Of a stretch of 64,000 bases of DNA, positions 37,071-46,220 are shown one piece after another. The translations under genes and the position numbers were made by a program. Each line of letters starts with the position of its first letter. Position 1 is the first letter of the stretch. Origin of the DNA: Candidatus Nanohaloarchaea archaeon (GTDB taxonomy: Archaea > Nanohalarchaeota > Nanosalinia > Nanosalinales > Nanosalinaceae); NCBI GenBank assembly GCA_042218325.1, contig JBDGRE010000001.1, positions 100,356-164,355 on the forward strand. Direction: 5' to 3'. The notes beneath the pieces were generated by a model that was given only the letters and a program-made list of their open reading frames with translations, ran no database searches and was not told the origin of the DNA.

Positions 37071-38762
37071 CTATACCGCCTTCACGACCTTCTTCGCGGT
37101 TTCCACCATGGAATCTATCTCGTCCTCGTCTATGGTGCCGGCGTACTCGTCCTTTGCAAGTGCCCTGAAGAACTCGACCACCTCGTCGAGGTTCTTACCT
37201 TTCCTGCCCTCCAGCTTGTCCGCCAGCTCATTGTAGGTCATCTCCCGCTCTATCTCGAACTTGAACTCGAGGTAGCCTTTCAGTATGTGGGCTGTCTTTA
37301 TGGCGGCCTCCTTCTTCTCCAAGTCGCTGTATTCGTCAAGTAGCTGCAGCACTTTCTGCTTCCTGATATTCTTCTCCTCGCCTGAGCCGCCGCCCCTGCG
37401 GAATATCTCTCTCACCCGGTCTCCCACGCCGGCCACATGCCTGAGCTGGTCCCTGAGCCCTTCCCCGCTGTCCTCCTCTTCCTCTTCTTTCACGGCCCCC
37501 ATAAGCATCTGGAGGTCTTCCTCGGCCTCGGTCTCCATCTCTTCCCTGTCCTTGTCCTCCTCTTCCTCCTCAACAGTATCGGTGCTTCTTCTCTCCCGGG
37601 CTATCTTCTCGAGGTCCTCGAGACTGGCCTGGTTCAGGATGTCCTCGTCGAAGTCGTCCTCCAGTTCTTCTATCAGTTCCTCCCTCTTCTCCTTCTCCTG
37701 CCTTAGGCGTTCCAGCTCCTCGAGAGATACCTCCCGTAGCTGCTCATCAGGTATGTCGACCCCGAGGTCATCGGCTATCTCCCTCTTCTCCTCGAGTTCG
37801 CCGCCATCCTCTACCTCGCCCTCTTCGCTCTCTTCTTCCTCATTGGTCCCGTCTGTATCCCCATCGCCTTCGTCTCCGGGTTCCTCCCCGCTGTCTTCTT
37901 CCTCTTCCTCGCTGGACTGGTCTCCGGTCTCTCCCGGTGACTCTCCTCCGGGAGCCTCGTTACCGGGCCTGGTTTCCCCGGTGCTATCATCTCCGGGATC
38001 TTGGCCCCCGGTCCCCTGTGGTCCTGTCGACCCGGTTTCCCCTGTCTGCGAGGTTTCTCCTCCACCTGTTTCTTGCCCCCCTGTTTCCGCTTTATCCTCC
38101 TTTGCGCTGTCCTCAACCGATGTACCTTGTTCTCCCTCGCGGGATATCTCCCTCATGGCCTCCGAAAGCCTGCGGCTGCCGCCAGAGTTACTCCCATCTC
38201 CTGCGCCGCTTGCCGCGGTATCCATGTCGACCTGTTCTATATCCTGCTCGAGTTCGTGTATGTCCTGCTCGGTCTCGTGGACGTCCTCGGCCAGTTTTTT
38301 CTCCGCTCTCCGTTCATCAAGGAACTTTTTCGCGGTCTTCCTGTCCTTGAGCGATCTTTCGGCCTCGAGCAGTTCCCCGAGCTGCTCCCTGTCAAGCCTG
38401 TGGAACCTTACGAACTCCTTGAGCTCTTCCACGGTGCCCTTGACCGCCTCCATCATCTCGTTTCGGCCTACATCCTCGGGTGGTACAGGTTCCGCTATTT
38501 TCTCCACGTCCTCTATCTGCTTCATCGCGGCCTGTATCTCGTCTACGTCTTCCTTCGCTGTTTCGAGACCTTCCTTCAGGTCTTCATCATCTATCTGGTT
38601 CCTGAGAAAATTTTTGGCGGTCTTCCTGTTCTTGTGCGACTCTTCGGCGTCAAGCAGGTCGACAAGCATGTCGCGGTCAGGCTCGTTCTCCCTGACATAC
38701 TCCCTGAGGTCCTCGACTGTACCGTCAACGACTTCAAGTACTTCGAACTCGGTCTCCGCCAT
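37071..38762 (-). CDS. Very acidic low-complexity protein with two N-terminal helical repeats
   Basis: Two copies of GTVE.L.E.VR....D...L..LL.AE...K.RKTAK.FL; long E/G/T-rich disordered middle. Confidence 0.8.
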   Translation of the reverse strand: MAETEFEVLEVVDGTVEDLREYVRENEPDRDMLVDLLDAEESHKNRKTAKNFLRNQIDDEDLKEGLETAKEDVDEIQAAMKQIEDVEKIAEPVPPEDVGRNEMMEAVKGTVEELKEFVRFHRLDREQLGELLEAERSLKDRKTAKKFLDERRAEKKLAEDVHETEQDIHELEQDIEQVDMDTAASGAGDGSNSGGSRRLSEAMREISREGEQGTSVEDSAKEDKAETGGQETGGGETSQTGETGSTGPQGTGGQDPGDDSTGETRPGNEAPGGESPGETGDQSSEEEEEDSGEEPGDEGDGDTDGTNEEEESEEGEVEDGGELEEKREIADDLGVDIPDEQLREVSLEELERLRQEKEKREELIEELEDDFDEDILNQASLEDLEKIARERRSTDTVEEEEEDKDREEMETEAEEDLQMLMGAVKEEEEEDSGEGLRDQLRHVAGVGDRVREIFRRGGGSGEEKNIRKQKVLQLLDEYSDLEKKEAAIKTAHILKGYLEFKFEIEREMTYNELADKLEGRKGKNLDEVVEFFRALAKDEYAGTIDEDEIDSMVETAKKVVKAV

Positions 38763-38810
38763 CGCTTGAGTATTGTGACGCCTTAAATAAGGGTTTATGG
38801 CGCTTTCGGG

Positions 38811-39761
38811 TCAAGGCAGGATGCTGTAACGCGTGGTGCCCAGTATCCACTCCGCCAGCATCAGGGCGAGCGCAAGGAATATGAAGTAGATGGAGATATC
38901 CGTCCTCTGGGTCGACTTCTCGAAGCTGAGGAACGCTGATTCAAGCTCGGCGCGGTCGGTAACGGTCAGCAGCCGGCCTCCGGTCTTCTTCGCCGTCCTG
39001 TTCAGCTTTCCGGGGTTCAGGTTCGGGAACTCGGCGCGTGACGCGTTCTGGCCCTCCACGGTTCCGAACTGCTGCCCTCTTTCCTCTGTGCTCCCGATGC
39101 CTATAGCGGTAACGGTGACGTTCTGCTTCTGTGCGAACTGAATGGACTCGTTCAGCGAGCTGCCGACGTTGTTCCTGCCGTCGGTGACCAGTATCAGCCG
39201 CCGGGTCTCGTTGCTATCCATCAGCATGCTGGAGCCCGTGAATATGGCGTCTCCTATGGCTGTACCTGCGGCCTGACCCATCCCGATGTTCGAGATGCTC
39301 TCCTTCACAGCATCAGTATCAGGGGTGAGCTCCTGTTCTCTTTTGACGTCGCCCGAGAACGATATGACACCTATCTCCACGGAGTCGGACAGCCTGTTGA
39401 CGAACTGCCGGGAGACGTCCTTGGCGGCCTGCAACCTGTTCGGCTCGAAATCCGAAGTCAGCATAGAGCCGGAGGCATCTATCGCCACGACGTAATCGGA
39501 ACCGGTGGACGGTACCTCCCGGACGATGACAGGGTTGGATATACCGATTATCAACGCGGTAAGCGCCAGAAGACGGGCGACGAGTATGACGTTGCTCGAC
39601 TTGAGGAAGTTCTTGCCCGCGACTTTTTGTAATGTCTCGTAGTTCCCGAACTTCATCGCGCGCTGCTTTTTCTTCTTCTTGGCCCCGATGTAGAACAGTA
39701 TCGCCAGCCCGTTCACCAGGAACAGGATATTGGCGTACTGGTCGGTGAAGACGAGCTTCAT
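38811..39761 (-). CDS. BatA/BatB-like VWA membrane protein
   Basis: MIDAS DASGS, GTAIGDA, LVTDG; N- and C-terminal TMs. Confidence 0.9.
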   Translation of the reverse strand: MKLVFTDQYANILFLVNGLAILFYIGAKKKKKQRAMKFGNYETLQKVAGKNFLKSSNVILVARLLALTALIIGISNPVIVREVPSTGSDYVVAIDASGSMLTSDFEPNRLQAAKDVSRQFVNRLSDSVEIGVISFSGDVKREQELTPDTDAVKESISNIGMGQAAGTAIGDAIFTGSSMLMDSNETRRLILVTDGRNNVGSSLNESIQFAQKQNVTVTAIGIGSTEERGQQFGTVEGQNASRAEFPNLNPGKLNRTAKKTGGRLLTVTDRAELESAFLSFEKSTQRTDISIYFIFLALALMLAEWILGTTRYSILP

Positions 39762-39874
39762 CGGTCGAAGTCACCTTCTATGCGACTTCTCCGTGAAGAT
39801 TTCCGGCCCAAATCTTCGACTAAAAACCTTCTCGCGGCGTGTTTTCTCAAGATGCTTTTTCGAGGAAAAACCAT
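39758..39874 (-). pseudogene. 38-aa ORF coupled to both neighbours, possible remnant of a deleted operon gene
   Basis: TGATG overlap with the DUF58 stop and ATGA overlap with the VWA start; MVF...RIEGDFDR; basic, palindrome-containing middle. Confidence 0.4.
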
Positions 39875-40776
39875 CACCATTCACCCTGGTCCTGGTCGAA
39901 GAACTCGGCGAACTCGGCCGAGAAGTTGTCGCGGGTGTCGACCTTCATGAAGCTGGAGCCGCTGCCCTTGAGCTGTTCCTCGAGTTTTTCCTCCTGCTTC
40001 CGGGCCTCCTCGTTGAACTCTTCCCGGACTCGGTCCGTGTTAACCACCATCTCTCCGCCGCCCGAGGCCGACTCGAACCGGAAGTTGCCCGACTTCGGCA
40101 GCTCGTAATCCCGTTTATCTCTGACCATCACGCTCATGAAGTGCCGGAACTTCTTGTTCGCGAGCGTCACCTTGGTCTTCCAGTCGCCCTCGGTTTCAAG
40201 GAAGTCGGACACCAGGAATATCGCGGTGTTCTCCTTCACCTTTCCTATAACGTCGTTCATCGCGTCCTCGAGGTCGAACGTCCCGCCGTAGTTGTCGAAC
40301 TCGGAGAGCTCATCGAGGAAGCGGTCGTACTGTCTCGTACCTCCTGATGGCTCGAGGAACACGCTTTCCTCGCCCCACATCCCCATCCCGACGTCGATAC
40401 CAGCCTCGACTGACGCGTACGCTATCGCAGCGGTCACGATGGCCGCGTACTCTGACTTGAGTTTATCTGCGGTGCCGAACTCCATCGTGTCGGACACGTC
40501 GAGCATCACGAACGCGTCCATGTTCAGGTCCTCCTCGTACTGCTTCACGTAGAGGTCGGGCTTCCCCGCGCTGTTTTTCCAGTCGATACGTGAGGCGTCG
40601 TCGCTCGGCAGGTACTGCCTGAGGCCGGAGAACTCTACGCCGGAGGGCTGGAAGTGGCGCTGGTACTTCAGCACGAACCGGAAAAGGTTGGATATGCGTT
40701 TGACCTCCGCATCCATTTTGTCCCGGAGGTCTCTTCTCGAGATGAACTCCTCCTCCATCTCTTCAAGGTCTTCCAT
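39874..40776 (-). CDS. DUF58 (VWA-like) protein
   Basis: GVEFSGLRQY.PSDDASRIDWK.SA, VKQYEED, LDVSDTM, LVSDF. Confidence 0.92.
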   Translation of the reverse strand: MEDLEEMEEEFISRRDLRDKMDAEVKRISNLFRFVLKYQRHFQPSGVEFSGLRQYLPSDDASRIDWKNSAGKPDLYVKQYEEDLNMDAFVMLDVSDTMEFGTADKLKSEYAAIVTAAIAYASVEAGIDVGMGMWGEESVFLEPSGGTRQYDRFLDELSEFDNYGGTFDLEDAMNDVIGKVKENTAIFLVSDFLETEGDWKTKVTLANKKFRHFMSVMVRDKRDYELPKSGNFRFESASGGGEMVVNTDRVREEFNEEARKQEEKLEEQLKGSGSSFMKVDTRDNFSAEFAEFFDQDQGEW

Positions 40777-40777
40777 A

Positions 40778-41788
40778 CTATCTCACCGGTACATGGTCGA
40801 CGATGTCCTGTATGACGTCCTCGACCTCGATTCCCTGCGCCTCCCCCTCGTAGTTGAGTATGATACGGTGTATGAAAACGTCCTTGACTACCTCCCGGAT
40901 GTCCTCCGGTGTCACGTAGTGCCGGCCGTTGTACACAGCGTTGGCCCTTCCCGCGAGCGCCAGGTTGATGGATGCACGCGGTGTGCATCCCCAGTCGATG
41001 TACTCCGAGTACTCCATGCCGTAATCCTCCGGGTTCCGTGAAGCATCCACGAGGTCGACGATGTACGCCTTGATCTCCTCGTTCACCGTTACGACCTTGG
41101 AGAACTCCTGTACGTCCAGCACGTCCTGCCTCGAGACGACAGCGTTGACATCGAAGTCGTCCTCGTCCATGATGTTGGCGTTCATATCGATGATCTTCTG
41201 CTCGTTGTGCTTCTCCGGGTAGTCAAGGTATATCTTGAACAGGAAACGGTCGATCTGCGCCTCCGGTAGCGGATATGTACCTCCCTGCTCAACCGGGTTC
41301 TGCGTAGCCATGGTGAAGAACGGCTCCGGGAGGTGGAACGTCTCGTCGCCGATAGATACCTTGTGCTCCTGCATCGCCTCAAGCATAGCACTCTGTACCT
41401 TCGGCGGCGCCCTGTTTATCTCGTCGGCCAGGATGAAGTTCGCGAAGATAGGCCCTTTCTCGACGTAGAAACCCTTGTCCTCGTTGTAAGCCTCCGTACC
41501 GACGATGTCCGACGGCAGCAGATCCGGTGTGAACTGGATGCGGTGCATCTCCGTTCCCTCGACAACGCGGGCGAGGGTTTCAACAAGGAACGACTTGCCG
41601 AGGCCCGGAACCCCCTCGAGCAGGATGTTTCCGCCGGCAGAAACGGTCAGCAGTATCTTGTGGATAACGTCTTCCTGTCCGATGAAACCTTTCTGGACTT
41701 CTTTCTCCATCGTCCGCATGATGCCGGCTATCTCCTCGGCTTGCTCGGCTTTTTCCTCGTCAGAAAGGTCGGCGAACTTGGATGCCAT
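40778..41788 (-). CDS. MoxR-family AAA+ ATPase
   Basis: GVPGLGKS, RIQFTPDLLPSDIVG, LADEINRAPPKVQSAMLEAMQE, ATQNPVEQ.GTYPLPEAQ.DRF. Confidence 0.95.
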   Translation of the reverse strand: MASKFADLSDEEKAEQAEEIAGIMRTMEKEVQKGFIGQEDVIHKILLTVSAGGNILLEGVPGLGKSFLVETLARVVEGTEMHRIQFTPDLLPSDIVGTEAYNEDKGFYVEKGPIFANFILADEINRAPPKVQSAMLEAMQEHKVSIGDETFHLPEPFFTMATQNPVEQGGTYPLPEAQIDRFLFKIYLDYPEKHNEQKIIDMNANIMDEDDFDVNAVVSRQDVLDVQEFSKVVTVNEEIKAYIVDLVDASRNPEDYGMEYSEYIDWGCTPRASINLALAGRANAVYNGRHYVTPEDIREVVKDVFIHRIILNYEGEAQGIEVEDVIQDIVDHVPVR

Positions 41789-41886
41789 CGCATTCAACAG
41801 TTGCGGAGGCCGCAATAAAAAGATTCCAACCAGGGGTTGTGCAGAAATCCTGAACTCTCATGTGCGTGTATGTTTCTTGTCAAGAT

Positions 41887-41903
41887 AGAAGAAAAAAAGG
41901 AAA
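41887..41903 (-). terminator. Oligo-T terminator after the major surface subunit gene
   Basis: TTTCCTTTTTTTCTTCT on the minus strand, about 25 bp after the stop. Confidence 0.55.
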
Positions 41904-41928
41904 TGGAGGGTTCTACGAGCTAACTGCT

Positions 41929-43101
41929 CTATGCAGCGTTGCTCGTCGAGACTACTACTCTGAGGACTCCCTGTGAGACAACTCCCTGCGGGATTCCTCT
42001 CGGTACCATGACCCGGATACCAAGGTTGACTGCCTGGTTAGGGTCAAGCTGGTTGTTGCCAGCAATCAGGTACTGTGAGCGGTCTGCCGAACCGAAGTTC
42101 GCCAGGTCGCTGTAGTCTCCTGCCTCGACGTTGTACCGGGTCCTGATGGTGTGCGGCTTGTCGGTGTCCTGTTGACCGGAGTTACCTCCTGTGTCGCACT
42201 GCGTCAGGATGTCGTAGACACGAATCTGTCCGGATTCACTCGTGTCCTTAAGCGGTACGCCGTTCGTGTTGCTGTCGCTCCCGGCGCCAACGACACCGTA
42301 ATTGTTGCCGGCGTTGTTCGTGATGTTCTGGATGACGTAGTCGCGGCCGGGGATGGTGTTGTAACCTGCGTCTGTTCCTCCGTCAGGACCATTGCTTCCA
42401 TCCGTCGCCGTGAAGTCGACAGGAACAGTGTCCGTCGAGTTGTGCGGCTGCTTCGCGATCAGCAGTGTGTTGAACGTATTGGTGGAGTCACCGTTGCACG
42501 CTCCGTTACCTCCGACAGGGAGGGCCCAGAAGTACTCCTGGTCACCCATACGGAACCTGCCGATTGCTACCTCACTCGCGGATGTAGCGGTAGTACCTGA
42601 CACGTCGACGTAGTAGTCGCCGCTGTCAGGTGCGTGGATGTACTCCGGATTGAGGGAGTTGTTGTAGGCTCCGTAGTCCCTCCTGTTGACGTACGTCCAG
42701 TTGCCGGTGTCTCCCTGTAGAGGGGGAGAGTCAGAGGCCGCTGGCCGTATCTGGAGGAAGTTAGCTGAGTCGAAGCTTGAAGGGTTCGTCGAGCCGTAGA
42801 AAGCGCTCTGGGAAGTCGTCTGTGTCGCGTTCACCCAGACCCTTTCGATTACTCTCGAACCTACGTTCTCAAGCTCTACCGTCCCGAATCCTCTCTCCTC
42901 CTGGGTTTCGTCAGCTGTCTGTCCAGGGTTGAGGCCTGTGTACTTCAACCTCTGTGGGTGAACGTCTATCGCTACTTCGCTGCCGATAGTGACGTTCACT
43001 GTCGCATTTCTCTGCGAGCTGTCTGTTGCTGCTGTTACCGAGGATGTCATCCCTGTGGCAGCTACCAGAACGAGGAGTGCCGCAAAAATCTTGTTCTTCA
43101 T
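41929..43101 (-). CDS. Probable highly expressed secreted structural subunit (pilin/WxL-like fold with large insertion)
   Basis: Sec signal, no anchor, distinct codon usage, GAGGTGA SD, long leader and own terminator; N- and C-terminal strands align with the C-domain of 32667-34007. Confidence 0.8.
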   Translation of the reverse strand: MKNKIFAALLVLVAATGMTSSVTAATDSSQRNATVNVTIGSEVAIDVHPQRLKYTGLNPGQTADETQEERGFGTVELENVGSRVIERVWVNATQTTSQSAFYGSTNPSSFDSANFLQIRPAASDSPPLQGDTGNWTYVNRRDYGAYNNSLNPEYIHAPDSGDYYVDVSGTTATSASEVAIGRFRMGDQEYFWALPVGGNGACNGDSTNTFNTLLIAKQPHNSTDTVPVDFTATDGSNGPDGGTDAGYNTIPGRDYVIQNITNNAGNNYGVVGAGSDSNTNGVPLKDTSESGQIRVYDILTQCDTGGNSGQQDTDKPHTIRTRYNVEAGDYSDLANFGSADRSQYLIAGNNQLDPNQAVNLGIRVMVPRGIPQGVVSQGVLRVVVSTSNAA

Positions 43102-43105
43102 GTTG

Positions 43106-43112
43106 TCACCTC
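43106..43112 (-). promoter_or_regulatory. Shine-Dalgarno GAGGTGA
   Basis: 4 nt upstream of ATG 43101. Confidence 0.7.
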
Positions 43113-43343
43113 GTTTGTGTGGTTTTCGCTAGGTTTTGAAGATAAAACCAGCCCTATAGGGTTCTCAAATCGGGTAAGATGCTGTACAGCGTCCCCGTTA
43201 GCTGGTGAAGAATCATGAAAGTGAAAGCTATGACTAGCCGTGTCAACGCGAGATAGGCTCTCGCACGTGATTTTGGGGAATCTCATGATTGATACCTTCC
43301 ACTTGTCCCCCTCTCCCCCTTGTACGGCGTTTTAGGGAGCCTG

Positions 43344-43351
43344 TATAAAAA
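43344..43351 (-). promoter_or_regulatory. TATA box TTTTTATA for the 41929-43101 transcript
   Basis: Best TATA on this strand in the gap; implies a leader of about 220 nt. Confidence 0.5.
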
Positions 43352-43418
43352 GGTTCGTGGACTCGTCGAGGCCCGTCTAAGATGTATAAAACAGCCTCTA
43401 CATATATTTTAACAGATT

Positions 43419-44513
43419 ATGAGAAAGCTGTTTCTGGCCCTTTCCGTACTGGTTTTCTCGGCTTCTGCCGCTTCACAGTCTATAGGCGTGGCCCCCAGTG
43501 ATTACCAAATGCGGGATGTCAACCCGGGCGAAGAAGTAGACTTCACCGTCTACCTCTCTGTTTCGGGTACTTCCGAGAACTTCACTGTGAAACCGACTAT
43601 GAGTTCTCCGAGTTCCGGTTTCGTGTTCAATGACGAGGGTTTCATAGACGCTGATAGCTACTCGGAGCAGGAGGTGCAATCCTGGATAAACTGGGATAAA
43701 GAAAGCTTCAAGGTCAATCCCAAGACGTCCCAGACCTATACTCTTCCTAACGGCGCTCAGGTGGTGGCAGAGGGCAAGATGGAAGGAACCTTACAGGTCC
43801 CGTCCAGCGCGGAACCAGGATATCACTCCGTAGAGATAGGGATTTCACCACAGTTCCCTCGTGGCTCGGGGTTCGGGGCCTCGATTCTGGGGCTCGCGAG
43901 GATGGACTTCAGCTTCAGGGTACCGGGCCAGGCGGAGAGAAGCGTAGAGATATCTGATTTCTCGGCGCGCCGTGTCGCCGAGGACAGGGTCCAGTTCGTA
44001 TACACTATGGAAAACACAGGTACTGTGACAACAGGGGTCGTAGGCGGGAGTTTCGAGGTAATATCGCAGGGTCGCAGTATAGGTAGCGCTCAGGTCGGTT
44101 CGGCCACACTCTCTCCCGGCGAGGAGAGAAGAGTAGAAACCCTGTGGGTTAAGGACGGGCTTGAAGGGGGAAATTACCGGGTGAGAGGCTCCGCGGATTA
44201 CAGGACCGGCAAGGCTTTCTTCGATGAGACGGTCACGATAACGCAGGCTCCACGGGACCCGATACAGGTCGAAGAGCCGGATAACCAGGACAGGGATGAG
44301 CCTCAGCAGGCTTCTACACCTGTTCTTCTCGTGCTGGTCGCCTTCCTCGGTATAGGTTCCGTTCTCTACGCCTTTGGCTTGGATATGCTGTGGGCGTTCG
44401 TCATAGCCGGTGCAGCAGGAATCGCCATCTTTATAATAACAAGCGGGCTATCTCTCTACATGCTCCTGTTGATGGTTACAGGAGCAGGACTACTGGTATA
44501 TCTCAACTGGTGA
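43419..44513 (+). CDS. Two-Ig-domain secreted protein with 3-TM anchor (DUF916/DUF3324-like assembly factor candidate)
   Basis: IGVAPS...VNPGE, VPSSAEPGYH, ENTGTV, LSPGEER; hydrophobic tail. Confidence 0.75.
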   Translation: MRKLFLALSVLVFSASAASQSIGVAPSDYQMRDVNPGEEVDFTVYLSVSGTSENFTVKPTMSSPSSGFVFNDEGFIDADSYSEQEVQSWINWDKESFKVNPKTSQTYTLPNGAQVVAEGKMEGTLQVPSSAEPGYHSVEIGISPQFPRGSGFGASILGLARMDFSFRVPGQAERSVEISDFSARRVAEDRVQFVYTMENTGTVTTGVVGGSFEVISQGRSIGSAQVGSATLSPGEERRVETLWVKDGLEGGNYRVRGSADYRTGKAFFDETVTITQAPRDPIQVEEPDNQDRDEPQQASTPVLLVLVAFLGIGSVLYAFGLDMLWAFVIAGAAGIAIFIITSGLSLYMLLLMVTGAGLLVYLNW

Positions 44514-44986
44514 TTCGAATCGAAAGGAACACAGTGCTTGCGGTATCTGTCATAACTGCAAGCATCCTCGTTGGACTGGCACCTTTTGTAATAAAGGAGA
44601 CCTCTATCGAAGAGGTAACGGTAACTTTCAACAGCTCTGTCGACGTCCGTGATACAGGTCCAGCCAACATGACAAGTCTGGGTATCAACGCCGGCAAGAA
44701 CTTGAAGTTCGGCGAGATAGAGCAGAACGCCAACTATACAAAGTGGATCAACGTTGGTGTGAACGAGAGAAGCCGCGTGGAGATACGGAGCGAAGGGAAT
44801 ATATCGGAGCTCCTGCGCTACGATCGTGTCAGGTACATGAAGGGGCAGGGCCGGATCCCTGTCGAACTGTTCCCGCACACCACCGGTTACTACGAGGGCA
44901 AGGTCGTCCTGACCGTCTGGAGGCCCAGGAACAGGCTGGGCGAGCTGTATCTCGAGGCCTGGAAGAAGACCGAAGACGTGTTTTGA
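44510..44986 (+). CDS. Membrane-anchored beta protein
   Basis: GTG start overlapping the upstream stop; N-terminal TM; LKFGEI...TGYYEGKVVL. Confidence 0.7.
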   Translation: MIRIERNTVLAVSVITASILVGLAPFVIKETSIEEVTVTFNSSVDVRDTGPANMTSLGINAGKNLKFGEIEQNANYTKWINVGVNERSRVEIRSEGNISELLRYDRVRYMKGQGRIPVELFPHTTGYYEGKVVLTVWRPRNRLGELYLEAWKKTEDVF

Positions 44987-45021
44987 CAACCGGTTTAAAC
45001 CTGGCAGACAGGAATACCTGT

Positions 45022-45417
45022 ATGCGTAAAGGCCTGCTGTCTGTGGCGATAGTCCTGTTTCTTTCGTCCGTCACTGCCCAGGCTACAGGGGCTTTCTTGC
45101 ACAACGGCTCGCTGGAGGTCGAGGACTTTTCGGGTCTTGTGGAGGTCCAGCAGGGTGACCGGACAGAGTTCAACTGGACCAACGGGACGGTGAAGATATT
45201 CGACAGGGATGAGGGCCTGAACATGCCGACGGGTTACATACTGCTTATCCTGGCGTTCCTGCTCGTGGTCATCTACTCGGTGGACATCGATCCTTTCTGG
45301 ATAGCGATACTGCTCTTCATGGTGGCCTTCACTGCGGTAGTTTATTATCTCAAGTGGCCGAAATACGTCATACCTCTGATGCTTATCCTGGTAACGGTGG
45401 TGAAACACTACAGATGA
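45022..45417 (+). CDS. Small secreted domain with 3-TM anchor
   Basis: Signal peptide; TM tail similar to that of 43419-44513. Confidence 0.7.
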   Translation: MRKGLLSVAIVLFLSSVTAQATGAFLHNGSLEVEDFSGLVEVQQGDRTEFNWTNGTVKIFDRDEGLNMPTGYILLILAFLLVVIYSVDIDPFWIAILLFMVAFTAVVYYLKWPKYVIPLMLILVTVVKHYR

Positions 45418-46184
45418 AATACCGAATAACTGTTATCGCGCTCCTGGCGCTGTTCATCGCTTCTCCAGCGGCCGCGCTGAGCTTCGACGTGTCGATAGGC
45501 GCTCTCGCAGATACAGAGGCGCATTTCGTCCAGTACCACGAGAACACCTCGGCGGTGCAGGATGTGAACGTATCCGTGGAGAACACCGGTTCGGTAGGAT
45601 GTGTCTACCGCCTCAAGGCAGAGTTCAGGTACCGCAACCAGACGCAGACCCGGTACTCGCGGCCCTATCCGCTGTTCCCGAACGAGATGGCGAACGCCCG
45701 GCTGCATTTCATACCGGAGAACTACACCGGGCCGGTGGAGGCATCGCTCTACTCAACCTACTGCGGCCAGCAGAAATCCGTGGAAAACATAACTTTCAGG
45801 TCCCTGAGGTCCAACACTGCTGAAAACAGTATCGAGTCCCGCGTGGTATCCGCGGACGAGGACTCCGCAACTGTAGAACTTGAAGAATCGGGCGGGCTGC
45901 TTGTCCCGCGCCAGACACCTCCTTACTGGAAGGCCTCCTCCGCCCGTATAAAGGAGGGCCGGGCCACGCTGCGGTACAGCCCGCCGATATTCACAAGGGA
46001 GTTGCTGAACTACACAGTCGTCAGGAACGGGTCGATAACTGGCTACACGACGGTCGACCTCGAAGTGGATAAGACCTACTGGGACCGGCTGCGCGAGAGG
46101 CTTCCCCGGATAATCGGCGTACTGCTCGGCTTTTCGCTGCTGCTGAACGCGAGACTGCTCCGCGACCGGTTCTCCGGTAATTAA
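45414..46184 (+). CDS. Secreted Ig-like protein with C-terminal TM
   Basis: Signal peptide, VENTGSVGC, several sequons, terminal TM. Confidence 0.75.
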   Translation: MKYRITVIALLALFIASPAAALSFDVSIGALADTEAHFVQYHENTSAVQDVNVSVENTGSVGCVYRLKAEFRYRNQTQTRYSRPYPLFPNEMANARLHFIPENYTGPVEASLYSTYCGQQKSVENITFRSLRSNTAENSIESRVVSADEDSATVELEESGGLLVPRQTPPYWKASSARIKEGRATLRYSPPIFTRELLNYTVVRNGSITGYTTVDLEVDKTYWDRLRERLPRIIGVLLGFSLLLNARLLRDRFSGN

Positions 46185-46220
46185 AGCTTTAAAGCTCGGA
46201 AACACCAACTTTGGTTGTAG

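Noticed and set aside
37285-38769. Long Ser-rich antisense ORFs (494 aa here; also 48386-49192, 62915-63655 and others)
   Set aside because: Mirror frames of Glu/Asp-rich genes, a standard artefact in GC-rich halophile genomes
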